Shown here: positions 11,401 through 23,219 of the stretch, one piece after another
How positions within the stretch are numbered: the first letter of the stretch is position 1
Layout of the letters: each line of letters starts with the position of its first letter
NCBI RefSeq assembly: GCF_001194135.2
Contig: NC_068981.1
Span: 130,522,773-130,562,040 of the forward strand
Direction of reading: 5' to 3'
DNA length: 39,268 nucleotides
Origin: Octopus bimaculoides
Lineage: Eukaryota
The notes under the pieces: generated by a model
What the model saw: the letters and a program-made list of their open reading frames with translations, nothing else
The model's database searches: none
Told to the model about the DNA's origin: nothing
Program-made: the position numbers and the translations under genes

Positions 11401-14400
11401 CTATTTAGTTTAACTATAAGAAAATATAAGAGGTGTAGTTGCCAGGCAAGTGATTTGTTATCATGTATAGAAAGTAAATCAATTACAGCATAGAAATCAT
11501 ATATTAGCCACTCAAAAACACAAAAACTATCACTTCACTCAAACATTTATTATTTGGTGTCAAAAGTTTTGTTGCTATTTCATTGCATGACATGCAGTGG
11601 AATCAAGACAATGACTAGGGCTGCACTTAGTGCAAGAAAAATTTAGACTCCAGATAATAAATGTATATGAAGTCTACCTTGCTGTAATTGTTTATAAATG
11701 GTAACTTTTACTAAACCATTGTTTGGTAATAACTTCAAACCATATGTAGGATAGCTATAAAACTAAGATAAATATGAAAAAAAAAAAAAACAACTTTTCA
11801 ACTAAAACAATTTTAAACATTTTTTAATGTATTTTTTCCTTGTTTTTTTTTTGTTTTGCAAATTTAGGAGGAAGATGTGGAAACCCCATGTGGTAACATT
11901 AGGGTTGCCATTCAAGGAGACCGAGCTAAACCAGCTATCCTTACATTCCATGATATTGGTCTTAACCGTAAGATATATATTACTTTGGCTATTTTTATTG
12001 ATTTTTGGACTGCTTAATTTTCTTGAAATTGTTGTTTCTGTTCTTATTGTCTATTCCCATCCATATGTGCTTGAAACAGTTCTTTGACACAGACACCACT
12101 TAACTCTAGCAATAATCTATGGCTGTAGCTTACAAAGAGGCAATGTCTTGATTCAGTGTGATTTCAGACTGATTTGTACATTCTATCATGAAATTTAGTA
12201 GGCTGAACAGTTGGATTTAACTTGCTGTTTACAGGTTTTTTTGAGGGATTCTATTTAGGGATCAATGCATAGTAGCCTTAATTTCACAATATATTGCTAA
12301 AGAAGTGGTGCCTATTGGTTAATATATCATGTATTCATGAACATCAATTTGTTGACGTCATAAGAATTTATAAGCTTTGAGAGAATGTGAAATAGTTAAA
12401 TAATTCTCTTTGAAACAGTAGATCTTGAAGCTACTCAGCCTTCAACTTTTGCAACACATGGACTTTTTCAACCCAATATTTACATGCTTATTATTTATAG
12501 CTTTATTTGCTTCAAGATCCACTGTACAGAAAAAAGAATTATTTCATTTTATAAATTGATGTAACGGGAAATAAAACAATCTAATGCTTTTAGAGTAACT
12601 TATTGAAGAACAAATGTTGCTTCTGTTTTTTTATGGTGTATATTTTTATGTGTTTGTTTCTTTATCTGTGTGTGTGTGTGTGTACACATCTGTGTGTTTT
12701 ATATTTGCTAGACCTGAGTACATGCACAAACGCGTGCATGCACACATACACACACACAGTTGCAGATGCAAATGCTTGTGCAGATAGGGATACACACCAT
12801 AGAAAGAAAGAATGGACTAAACAGATCAGGAGGACACATGGGATGAAAGAAATGTTGCTTTATTATTCAGTTTGAATGTTTATGACCTGTGTNNNNNNNN
12901 NNNNNNNNNNNNNNNNNNNNNNNNNNNNNNNNNNNNNNNNNNNNNNNNNNNNNNNNNNNNNNNNNNNNNNNNNNNNNNNNNNNNNNNNNNNNCGGATAGC
13001 CACTCTTGCAAGCTATGCAGACGATACGAAAGTCTCGCAGAAGATACAGAACTCTAGTGATGTTGCACATCTGCAGCAGGAGTTGGACTCAGTTTACAGA
13101 TGGGCTGAGGATAATAATATGCAGTTTAATGCTGAAAAATTACAAGTCCTGCGCTACCAATGTCCAAAACTGAATATGAAACTTACAGAGTACACTGGTC
13201 TGCAGGGAATTTCAATCCCAGAGCCTAAATCAGTGAAAGACCTGAGTATTGACATGAGTGATGATACCTCTTTCCAAGTGCATATTATCAGGATGGCAAC
13301 AAAGTGCAGGCGACTGGCTGGATAGATCCTGAGAACATTCAGAACCAGAGATAAGGAAACCATGATGATCCTCCAGAGGACATTCGTCCTCAGCCGCCTG
13401 GATTACTGCTCACAACTGTGGTCACCCACCAGTGTGAAATTAACAGCGGACCTTGAAGCAATCCAGAGAAGATTCACAAAGAAGATTGTCTCTTTGCAAC
13501 TGGAGAGAAGGCGGGAGAGGTATGCAGTAATATACATCTGGAAGATCCTGGAAGGAATTGTGCCAAATTTTGGCATTGAAAGCTACACCAATGCCAGAAC
13601 GGGACGATACTGCATAGTGCCAAAGATCCCAGCAATGTCATCNNNNNNNNNNNNNNNNNNNNNNNNNNNNNNNNNNNNNNNNNNNNNNNNNNNNNNNNNN
13701 NNNNNNNNNNNNNNNNNNNNNNNNNNNNNNNNNNNNNNNNNNNNNNNNNNNNNNNNNNNNNNNNNNNNNNNNNNNNNNNNNNNNNNNNNNNNNNNNNNNN
13801 NNNNNNNNNNNNNNNNNNNNNNNNNNNNNNNNNNNNNNNNNNNNNNNNNNNNNNNNNNNNNNNNNNNNNNNNNNNNNNNNNNNNNNNNNNNNNNNNNNNN
13901 NNNNNNNNNNNNNNNNNNNNNNNNNNNNNNNNNNNNNNNNNNNNNNNNNNNNNNNNNNNNNNNNNNNNNNNNNNNNNNNNNNNNNNNNNNNNNNNNNNNN
14001 NNNNNNNNNNNNNNNNNNNNNNNNNNNNNNNNNNNNNNNNNNNNNNNNNNNNNNNNNNNNNNNNNNNNNNNNNNNNNNNNNNNNNNNNNNNNNNNNNNNN
14101 NNNNNNNNNNNNNNNNNNNNNNNNNNNNNNNNNNNNNNNNNNNNNNNNNNNNNNNNNNNNNNNNNNNNNNNNNNNNNNNNNNNNNNNNNNNNNNNNNNNN
14201 NNNNNNNNNNNNNNNNNNNNNNNNNNNNNNNNNNNNNNACCAACAATAAATAGCAAATGAATGTATATAAAATACTAATTATATAAAGATAGAAAAATAT
14301 TATTAAAATATCAAAATAACAAACATTCCATAATCAACCCTACATCCATTATAAAATAATCTAACAGGTATATTATATACAAAAACCAACTAAACAAATT

Positions 14401-17400
14401 TTTTCGTTTAAAATACAATTTGAACAAAGTTAAAGGTTAAAATAATAAAGATATTATTAGCACATATTTAAACGATGCAATAGTTTAAGCTAGACTATTT
14501 ATGACTAAAAACTTTTATTTATAAGAAGTCTAATGAAAATATTCTGTATAGTATAGGAAATTAACATAAAAAGACTAGGTATTAATCGAAAATATTTCAA
14601 CCCTAATGAAATCGAAGTATTAATTTAGGCTAAAATGGTACTCTAATTTTAAAACATTTTAGTGTTAAATGAGGTATCAATTAAAATTATCATTAAAAAT
14701 CAATTGAATAATAAAGAAATACAAGAATATTTATTTATTCCAAACAATGATATAAAATCGTAAACAAAGTAAAAAATATACTAATCAAAATGTTATAGTT
14801 CAAACTGAAACTTAGACGGAAAAGTCAGAATTTGAGGTTAATTAGAAATAAAAATATGAATGAAACAATTATCATGAATGAAAGATTAAGCTTAATATAG
14901 CTTAAGTCTTAATAAAAAAGCCCATTAACGATACTATAAACAAAGAAATAAAAAAGACTAGTTATTTATTTCATAAAATAGAATGAAATATTAAACATTA
15001 TTAATCAAAAATATTTCAACCCTAATCAAATCGAAGTCATATTTAGGTTAAAATGATACTCTCACTTCTAAATAATTTAGTGTTAAATAAGGTATCGATT
15101 AAAAATAATCTTTAAAAATCAATTGAATAATATAAAAATACAAGAATACATATTATTTTCAAACAATGGTATAAAGTTGTTTAACAAATTAAATGTTATA
15201 CCTATCTAAATGTTGTCGTAATTCAAACTGAAACTTAGATGGAATATTTTCACTAGACTTTTTATAAATAAATGTCTTTAGTCATAAATAGTCTAGCTTA
15301 AACTATTGCATCGTTTAAATATGTGCTAATAATATCCTTATTATTTTAACCTTAAACTTCGTTCAAATTGTATTTTAAACGAAAAAATTTGTTTAGTTGA
15401 TTTTTGTATATAATATATCTGTTAGATTATTTTATAATGGATGTAGGGTTGATTATGGAATGTTTATTATTTTGATATTTTAATAATATTTTTCTATCTT
15501 TATATAATTAGTATTTTATATACATTCATTTGCTATTTATTGTTGGTTGATATATACATTCATTTATTATTATTGTTGTACTTTGACCTGAAGATTAGCT
15601 ATATTATTGAATATAATTGATTTTCGATAGTTTTAATCGATTTTAATCGATTTAAATTTCTTTCTATTTGAAAATTGGTTATGAAACACGTGTAGTCATT
15701 TTATTATCTTGATCTTATGATATTTACTTTGTATTANNNNNNNNNNNNNNNNNNNNNNNNNNNNNNNNNNNNNNNNNNNNNNNNNNNNNNNNNNNNNNNN
15801 NNNNNNNNNNNNNNNNNNNNNNNNNNNNNNNNNNNNNNNNNNNNNNNNNNNNNNNNNNNNNNNNNNCTAAAACTATATATTTATATATATTTTATACTGT
15901 GAAACTTAATTTAATTTTAACTTTTAATAAATTGATTTTAATTGAGTTTTTACCTGTAATTTTGGATTTTATCCCTAATATTATTATATCATCATCATCA
16001 TCATCATCATCGTTTAACGTCCGCTTTCCATGCTAGCATGGGTTGGACGATTTGACTGAGGACTGGTGAAACCGGATGGCAACACCAGGCTCCAATCTAA
16101 TTTGGCAGAGTTTCTACAGCTGGTTGCCCTTCCTAACACCAACCAAGGAAGGGCATCCAGCTGTAGAAACTCTGCCAAATTAGATTGTAGCCTGGTGTTG
16201 CCATCCGGTTTCACCAGTCCTCAGTCAATACATATGTGATACATCTATATACATATCTATATGAACATAATATGTATATTATATATGTTTAATACAGAAT
16301 ATATGAAGAGAGTCTGTCGCATGTCGACCCAACAGAGGGACCAGCTATCCTAATTGACAGTACCTTAGGAGATAAAGCAATCAAGATTATGAAGACAGGG
16401 AAGACTCCCGGCCCATCAAGAATCACTGTAGAGATGCTCAAAATATCTGGCAGTGTCGGCTATAGCCTAGTCACCCGTATAGTTAATCAGGTGATACACG
16501 AAGGACTCATACCCAATGTCTGGTATAACAGTACCATAGTCAACTGCTACAAAGGTAAAGTTGACGCTTTAGACACAAACAATTACAGAGGTATCAAGTT
16601 GTTGGACCTGGTAATGAAGGTCACCAAGATGGTCATAGTCCAACAAATTAGGGAGAGAGTCAGTTTAGATGAGATGCAGTTTGGGTTCGTTTCAGGAAAA
16701 AGCACAACTGATGCTATATTTCTGGTAAGATAGCTGCAGAAGAAATACCTAGCCATTGATAAACCTTTGTACCTGGCTTTCGTTGATATGGAGAAAGCCT
16801 TTGACAGGGTCCCCCACTCCCTTATCTGGTGGTCAATGAGGAAACTAAAGATAGATGAGTGGTTAGTGAGAGCTGTGCAAACCACGTACAGGGTCGCTGT
16901 CAGTCAGGTGAGGGTTGGCAACGAGTACAGTGAAGAATTGCGGGTAGAGGTAGGGGTCCACCAAGGTTCAGTCTTCGGCCCCCTCCTATTTATCATAGTC
17001 CTCCAGGCAATAACACAGGAATTCAAGACGGGATGCCCCTGGGAGCTCCTCTATGCTGATGACCTTGCCTTTGCCTTTCATCCTTGTGAGGTCAATAAAT
17101 TAAGTACCAGTTACGCACTGGGGCGATGTAATCGACTGACCCCTTTCCCCCAAAGTTCAGGCTTTGTGTCTCTAATAGAAAGGATTATTATTATCATTAA
17201 TATTATTATTATTATTATTATAATTATTAAGATGGTGAGCTGGCAGAATCATTAGCACACTGGGTGAAATGCTTAACAATATTTTGTCTGCTGCTACATT
17301 CTGAGTTCAAATTCCGTTGAGGTTGACTTTGCCTTTCATCCTTTCAGGGTCGATAAATTAAGTACCAGTTGAGTTCTGAGGTTGATGTGATTGGCTAGTT

Positions 17401-17847
17401 CCCGCCCTCAAAATGTCAGACATTGTGCCTATAATAGAAATGATTATTATTAATACCTATGCCACTCCATGTAAAAAGCATCTATGCTGGTGTCACATAA
17501 AAAGCACCCAGCATATTCTGTATACTGGCATTAAGAAGGGCATCCAGCCATAGAAACTAAGCCAAATCAGTCTGGAACCTGGTACAGCTCTCCAGCGTGC
17601 TAGCTCTTTTCAAACTGTCCAACCCATGCCAGCATGGAAAACTGATGTTAAATGACGATGATAATGATTTGCCCATCACTACATGTATTTTGCCTGTTGC
17701 TACGTTCTGAGTTCAAATTCCACTGAGGTCAACTTTGCCTTTCATCCTTTTGGGGTTGATAGATTAAGTACCATTTGAGTACTGAGGTTGATTTAATCAA
17801 CTATCCCATTCCTCCAAATTTCAGACATTGTGCCTATAGTAGAAAGG

Positions 17848-17888
<41 letters not shown>

Positions 17889-20800
17889 AAAGGTGCTGAG
17901 CTGGCAGAATCGTTAGCATGCCAGATGAAATGCGTAGTGGTATTTTGCCCATTGCTATGTTCTGAGTTCAAATTCTGTCAGGGTTGATTTTGCCTTTCAT
18001 CCTTTCGGGGTTGATATATTAAGTACCAGTTATGTACTGGGGTCGATGTAATCGACTGGTCCCCTCCCCTAAAATTTCAGGCTTTGTGTCTATAGTATGA
18101 GAAAAAGAAAGAAAAGAAAAAAGAATGTAATCAAGAAGAATTAACCATCTCCATCCTTTGAAGTTCTTTTAAAACTACCAGTGTTACACTACCAGATATA
18201 CTGCTCTCAATCATTTATGGTGTAACATCACAAGTGTTCTCGCAAAATACTTTAGTCTACTTATCTCCACAGAGATCTAATCCTTTCTGACAGATAAAAT
18301 AATGGAGTTGCTCTATAATCAACTAAATCCTTTGAAGGCTGTTCCCCAACATGGTCAGAGAGTCCAGTGACTGAAAGTAGTAATACACAATGTCTTTGTG
18401 TGTGTGTGTGTTCATACACTTTCTCCATTTTTGTTTCTTGAATGCAATTTTTCTTTCATTTTACAGTCATTAAATTTTTTTTTTTTGTAATTCTAATGAT
18501 CTTGAAATCATAATGTAAAATCTTTTTTTTTCCCTTTTGATTTTTGATTTTCAGATACGACTTGCTTTCAAGGATTTTTTGGATTTGCTGATATGCAACC
18601 AATCTTACGCCATTTTTGTGTGTATCATTTGAATGCCCCTGGCCAGGAGGAAGGAGCTCTTCAGTTGAGACCAGAGTCAGTATTCATCTTTTTGTTTTTT
18701 TCTCCTATTTCTAAATATTATATATTGCTGTGAATTGAAGTCAATGTATTATGTATGTGTGTAATTAACATAGTAGTTTTTGGAAGTTCAGCTGTTTTAA
18801 AAGAGTACTCTCTGACAAGAAGTGGAATATTTTAAATATATTGTTGCTGCGTATTTGAGGACATTTATATAACAGGAAGCCATTAACCTCCATATGTTGC
18901 TGTTTAGAGCTAGGACATCAACCCTAATTGAACAAATTTATGATCAAAGGTTTTCCAGTTGCAACCATCCTGTCTTTTTTCTTTCCAGGAATAATGTATA
19001 CGGAACCTGTTTTCTTATTAGTTCTTTCTTTTACAAGAGAATAGGTTGGACTTGAGGGAAATTTAGCTGCTTTATCTATAGATTATGTGATTGCATGGAG
19101 GTTCTCTTATTGACTTGCTGGACCTTCATATTGTTTGGCAGTGCTACTTCTTTAACCTTATTTCAACTGCTATGAATTTATGAGAAATTGATCTTGTTTT
19201 TATAAAGTTGATTAGACTGAAACATTTTTAAATGAATGTTGTCAGCATAGACTATATTTCAATAATGATATGTAGACAAGTGTTATCCTGCAAATGAATG
19301 TGTGTGCATATGTTTAGGTCAAATGCCACACTTGAAAATATGTATGATTCAACCATTTGGAATTGGTACATTGAAGGTACCAGAAATATAAATGATTTTA
19401 CAATTTGGATTGACAACCAAAGTGAATGTTAGGGTATAAATCAGTATCCATTAGTAATACTTTGACTAGAATTCAATACTTAGAGAAAACAAAATTTTGG
19501 TTCCCAACCGTTATCTCAAGCAACAATATATGTAAATTAAGGCTTTCAGAAATTTAATGTTTCATCTGATAGATTTACTTGAAAACAGTTCAAGTGTATG
19601 TGATATTGTACATCTTGATGCTATCGTCTTCCAATGTACTGCTATGCATGCATCTCCCTATATAGTGTTGTACTCATGTTGTTAAAAGCCAAAAGGAAAT
19701 TGATAGCTTTTTTTTAATCATTTACTTTTATTTTAAAATACATGTATTTTTCTTTTTGGCATTTGAAAACTGTTGAACTGTATTTGTAATCATGTGAAAC
19801 CTTTTTATTTTTAGAACTTGTCTTTGTTGTTATTTTTACAATTGCATTTGTCCTTTGAAGTGTATCAGTATGAGTTTCCTACTTATTTTTTCATATAACT
19901 ACAGTTCTGTTGATAAAGACAAACTAGCCAATCCAAAAAGTAAATTGATTATATTTTGTTTTGATCACGCAAAATATTTTATTGTTAAACCTCGAAAGAT
20001 TTTATTTAGAAATAATAAATTACCGCATAATATTGTTGCCTAAGTTATCAAAATGAGAGATGTGGTAATTGAATGATTAGGGTGTTAAATTTACTGCAGA
20101 TCACAGGTTCCTGTTCTTCAGGTTGTGCTCACATGGTATATATATATATAGTGGGTGAGGAAATTTCTGTATGGGTTTGATAAATTTGCAAATTTAGACA
20201 TTTCTATAATTATTGTGAAAAAATATTGTTATGGCCTAAAAACTTTTTAGATATCAGCCTTTTATTATAAAAAGTTATCAGTTTGCTTTTAATCATTACA
20301 TCAATACATTCACTCTGTTTGTAATTGATTCATTTCTGCTGTATTAATAATGTTCAGAGTTTATCAGAAATGTCTGGCACTGAATTAAGAACAATGAAAC
20401 ATTTGATCAATCATTATGTTCTGTTCAAGCTATGTTACTAGCATTAATTTCTGCATTACATTGTTAGTCAGTTAAACTCAAATATAATATTCTCTTATAA
20501 CTGTGTGGTTAGTATTAGAAAGCTGTCAGTAACATATTTGTTCTGTCATATAATTATCCGAATAATCAAAACCTGTATAACTCCCAGGAGCATAAAAAGC
20601 TCTGTGAAATATGCTTTACAACCATATGGTTTTGGATTTAGTCTCAATGCACTGCATCAATGGCAAGAATCTACTTCTGTAGCCTCAGGCTGATCAATGC
20701 CTTGTGAATGAATTTAGCAGATGGAAACTGTGTGGAAGCCTGTCATGCGCATATGTGTTTGTGAGTGTGTGTCTGTGTATTTTTGTTTCCCACTTCTTGA

Positions 20801-22784
20801 CAATCAGTTTTGCTTTGTTTCTGTCCTTTTAACTTAGTGGTTTTGCAATGAGAGACTGATAGAATTAGTAGATGGATTAAAAAAAAAAAAAAAAAGAAGT
20901 ACTTGGGTAGATTTGATTGAGTAAACCTGCATGGCCACAGTTTAGTGACTGAAACAAATAGAAGGAAAGAATCTACAAGAATATTGCTGGTAAAATGCAC
21001 CCAGCACATTCTATAAAGTGGTTGGTGCTATAGAAACCAAGCCAAATCAGAACCTAGTACAGCTCTCCTGCTTGCCAGCTCTTGTCAGTCTGTCTAACCT
21101 ATGCCAATATGAAAAATGAACATTTGATGATGATGATGATTTATAAATGGTCTCAAAAATCTTCAGATATTGAACCCATGTCAGCATAGAGAAAACAAGT
21201 TTAATGAGAACGTCAAGGAAATAGTTGGGACCAGCTTTAGTTCCATAATAATATAATCCCTGCGTTTTTTCTCTCCTTTAGTTAAAATATATAATAAAAT
21301 AAAATAGTCTGATTTCAGCTGGATTTTAAATTTTGTTTTACTTTGAAAAGAGGGTAAAATGACTTATGTGTAAGAAAATGGTTTGACAAAAGAGCCTGAG
21401 GTTACCTGTCTGAAGAACACAGGCTAGTTTGATAATAGTAAAAGAAGCAGATGGACAAATACATTCTGTTGGAAAGAAGTTCTGTCTTCATTGCTTCAAA
21501 AGTTTTATGCAATCAGAAGTCTCCTTCAATAACAGAACATGCAATGTTTAATTACGAGGGAAACTAAATTTTAGAGTAGAGCCATATCTCTTAGCTGACT
21601 GCGTGAACTGCCTTCTAACATATGGACAATAAATGTTTGATAATCAGCCATAAAAATTATATATTTATAGTTCTTCAATTTCACTATTGGTAGACCGTAT
21701 GAAACTGTGTTGTTACACAATTCTTCTAATCCATGGCTAACTTCATCTGTTTTAATTTTCATTACTGTAAGGTCTGTTTAAAGTTTAAATGGTTATGCAT
21801 TCTAATTGTTGGATACAATTTCAGATTATATTTATCTATTTTCTATATGGCTTACATTGTTAACAAAAAAAAAAAAAACTCAGAAAAAAAAAGAAAAATA
21901 TACAAAAAAAAAAAGATCCCTAACAGAATAGCTTCTTGATATAATGTATATTCTTATATAATTTGCTAAAGTTGAAAGCTTAGTGTCACATTATAACTAG
22001 TTTCATCTGCTGTAAGATCATACAGTTTTCAAAGGTATGATCTGCACAAGCATGTTGAAATCATTGGTTTATTTTTTCAGTTCTTTTCAGCCATTCAGTG
22101 GTGATTTATACGAAAATTAACAAATGGCTTTTTTTTTTCCATACTGAATTAATGCGTTATCACTACGGTTGGAATTATTAGTTCTACACTGTACGTGAGC
22201 AATCTATTTCTGCACAACTAGTTTCAGGTTTTGAGCCTCAGTATTGCTGCTTACAACACAAGTTGTATGCTAAAACAATTCTGTAGATTCTCTGATATTT
22301 TACTGAAGTACTCACTCTAAAAAGACACTGCTGCATGTGAAATAATCTGCCTTTCAGTCAAGCATGTAATAATACATAGGTTTGCTTTTCACCCATCCAC
22401 TCCATTCAAACAATCATTTCCTTAAATTAGTTTTGTTATTTCTATCATTAAATGTTGTAGGATAATTCTTTTTTGTCATCCAGCATGATTTATTTTTATT
22501 TGCAATTATTCAACATTGTTATTGGTCTCCTAATTTTCTCAGTGATATACTATAAAAAAAAAAAAAAAAATGAAACAAAAACAAAGATATAGATATGCCA
22601 ACATTATTACTCCTTCAACAGTTTTTTTTTTGTGGTTGTGAGGTTAAGAAGTTTGCTTTCCAACCACATAATTTTGGGTTCAGTCCCACTCTGTGGCATC
22701 TTGGGTGAGTGTCTTCTACTGTAGTCCTGGGCCAGCCAAAGACTTGTGAGTGGATTTGGTAGACAGAAACTGAAAGAAGTCCAT

Positions 22785-22863
<79 letters not shown>

Positions 22864-23162
22864 GCATGCATAGTTTTGTGTGTATGTGTGTCATTGCTTT
22901 GACATCATGTGATAGTTGTAAATGAATGTCAGTGTCATACAAGCAGTGTCCTTAATTTTCAGTCTTCTGTGGAACTGTCTGGCCATGGAGAAACAGATGA
23001 GGGTTGGCAACAGAAACAATGTCCAACTGTTGAAAATCTGCCTCAACAAATCCCATCTGACCCATGCTAGCATGGAAAAGTGGACGTTAAAATGAAGACG
23101 ATGATGCTGAGGAATGCTTACACAGTGTTATTTCTCTCTTTCTCTCATACTTTCTCACTCAA

Positions 23163-23219
<57 letters not shown>

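Noticed and set aside
11827-12087. 86-aa ORF from the track overlapping the second exon
   Set aside because: Wrong frame; the true exon frame gives the NDRG motif HDIGLN.
14239-15736. Mitochondrial insertion (NUMT) explanation for the AT-rich island
   Set aside because: I recognised no mitochondrial gene, rRNA or tRNA, and 306-bp inverted arms are not expected. Not formally excluded without BLAST.
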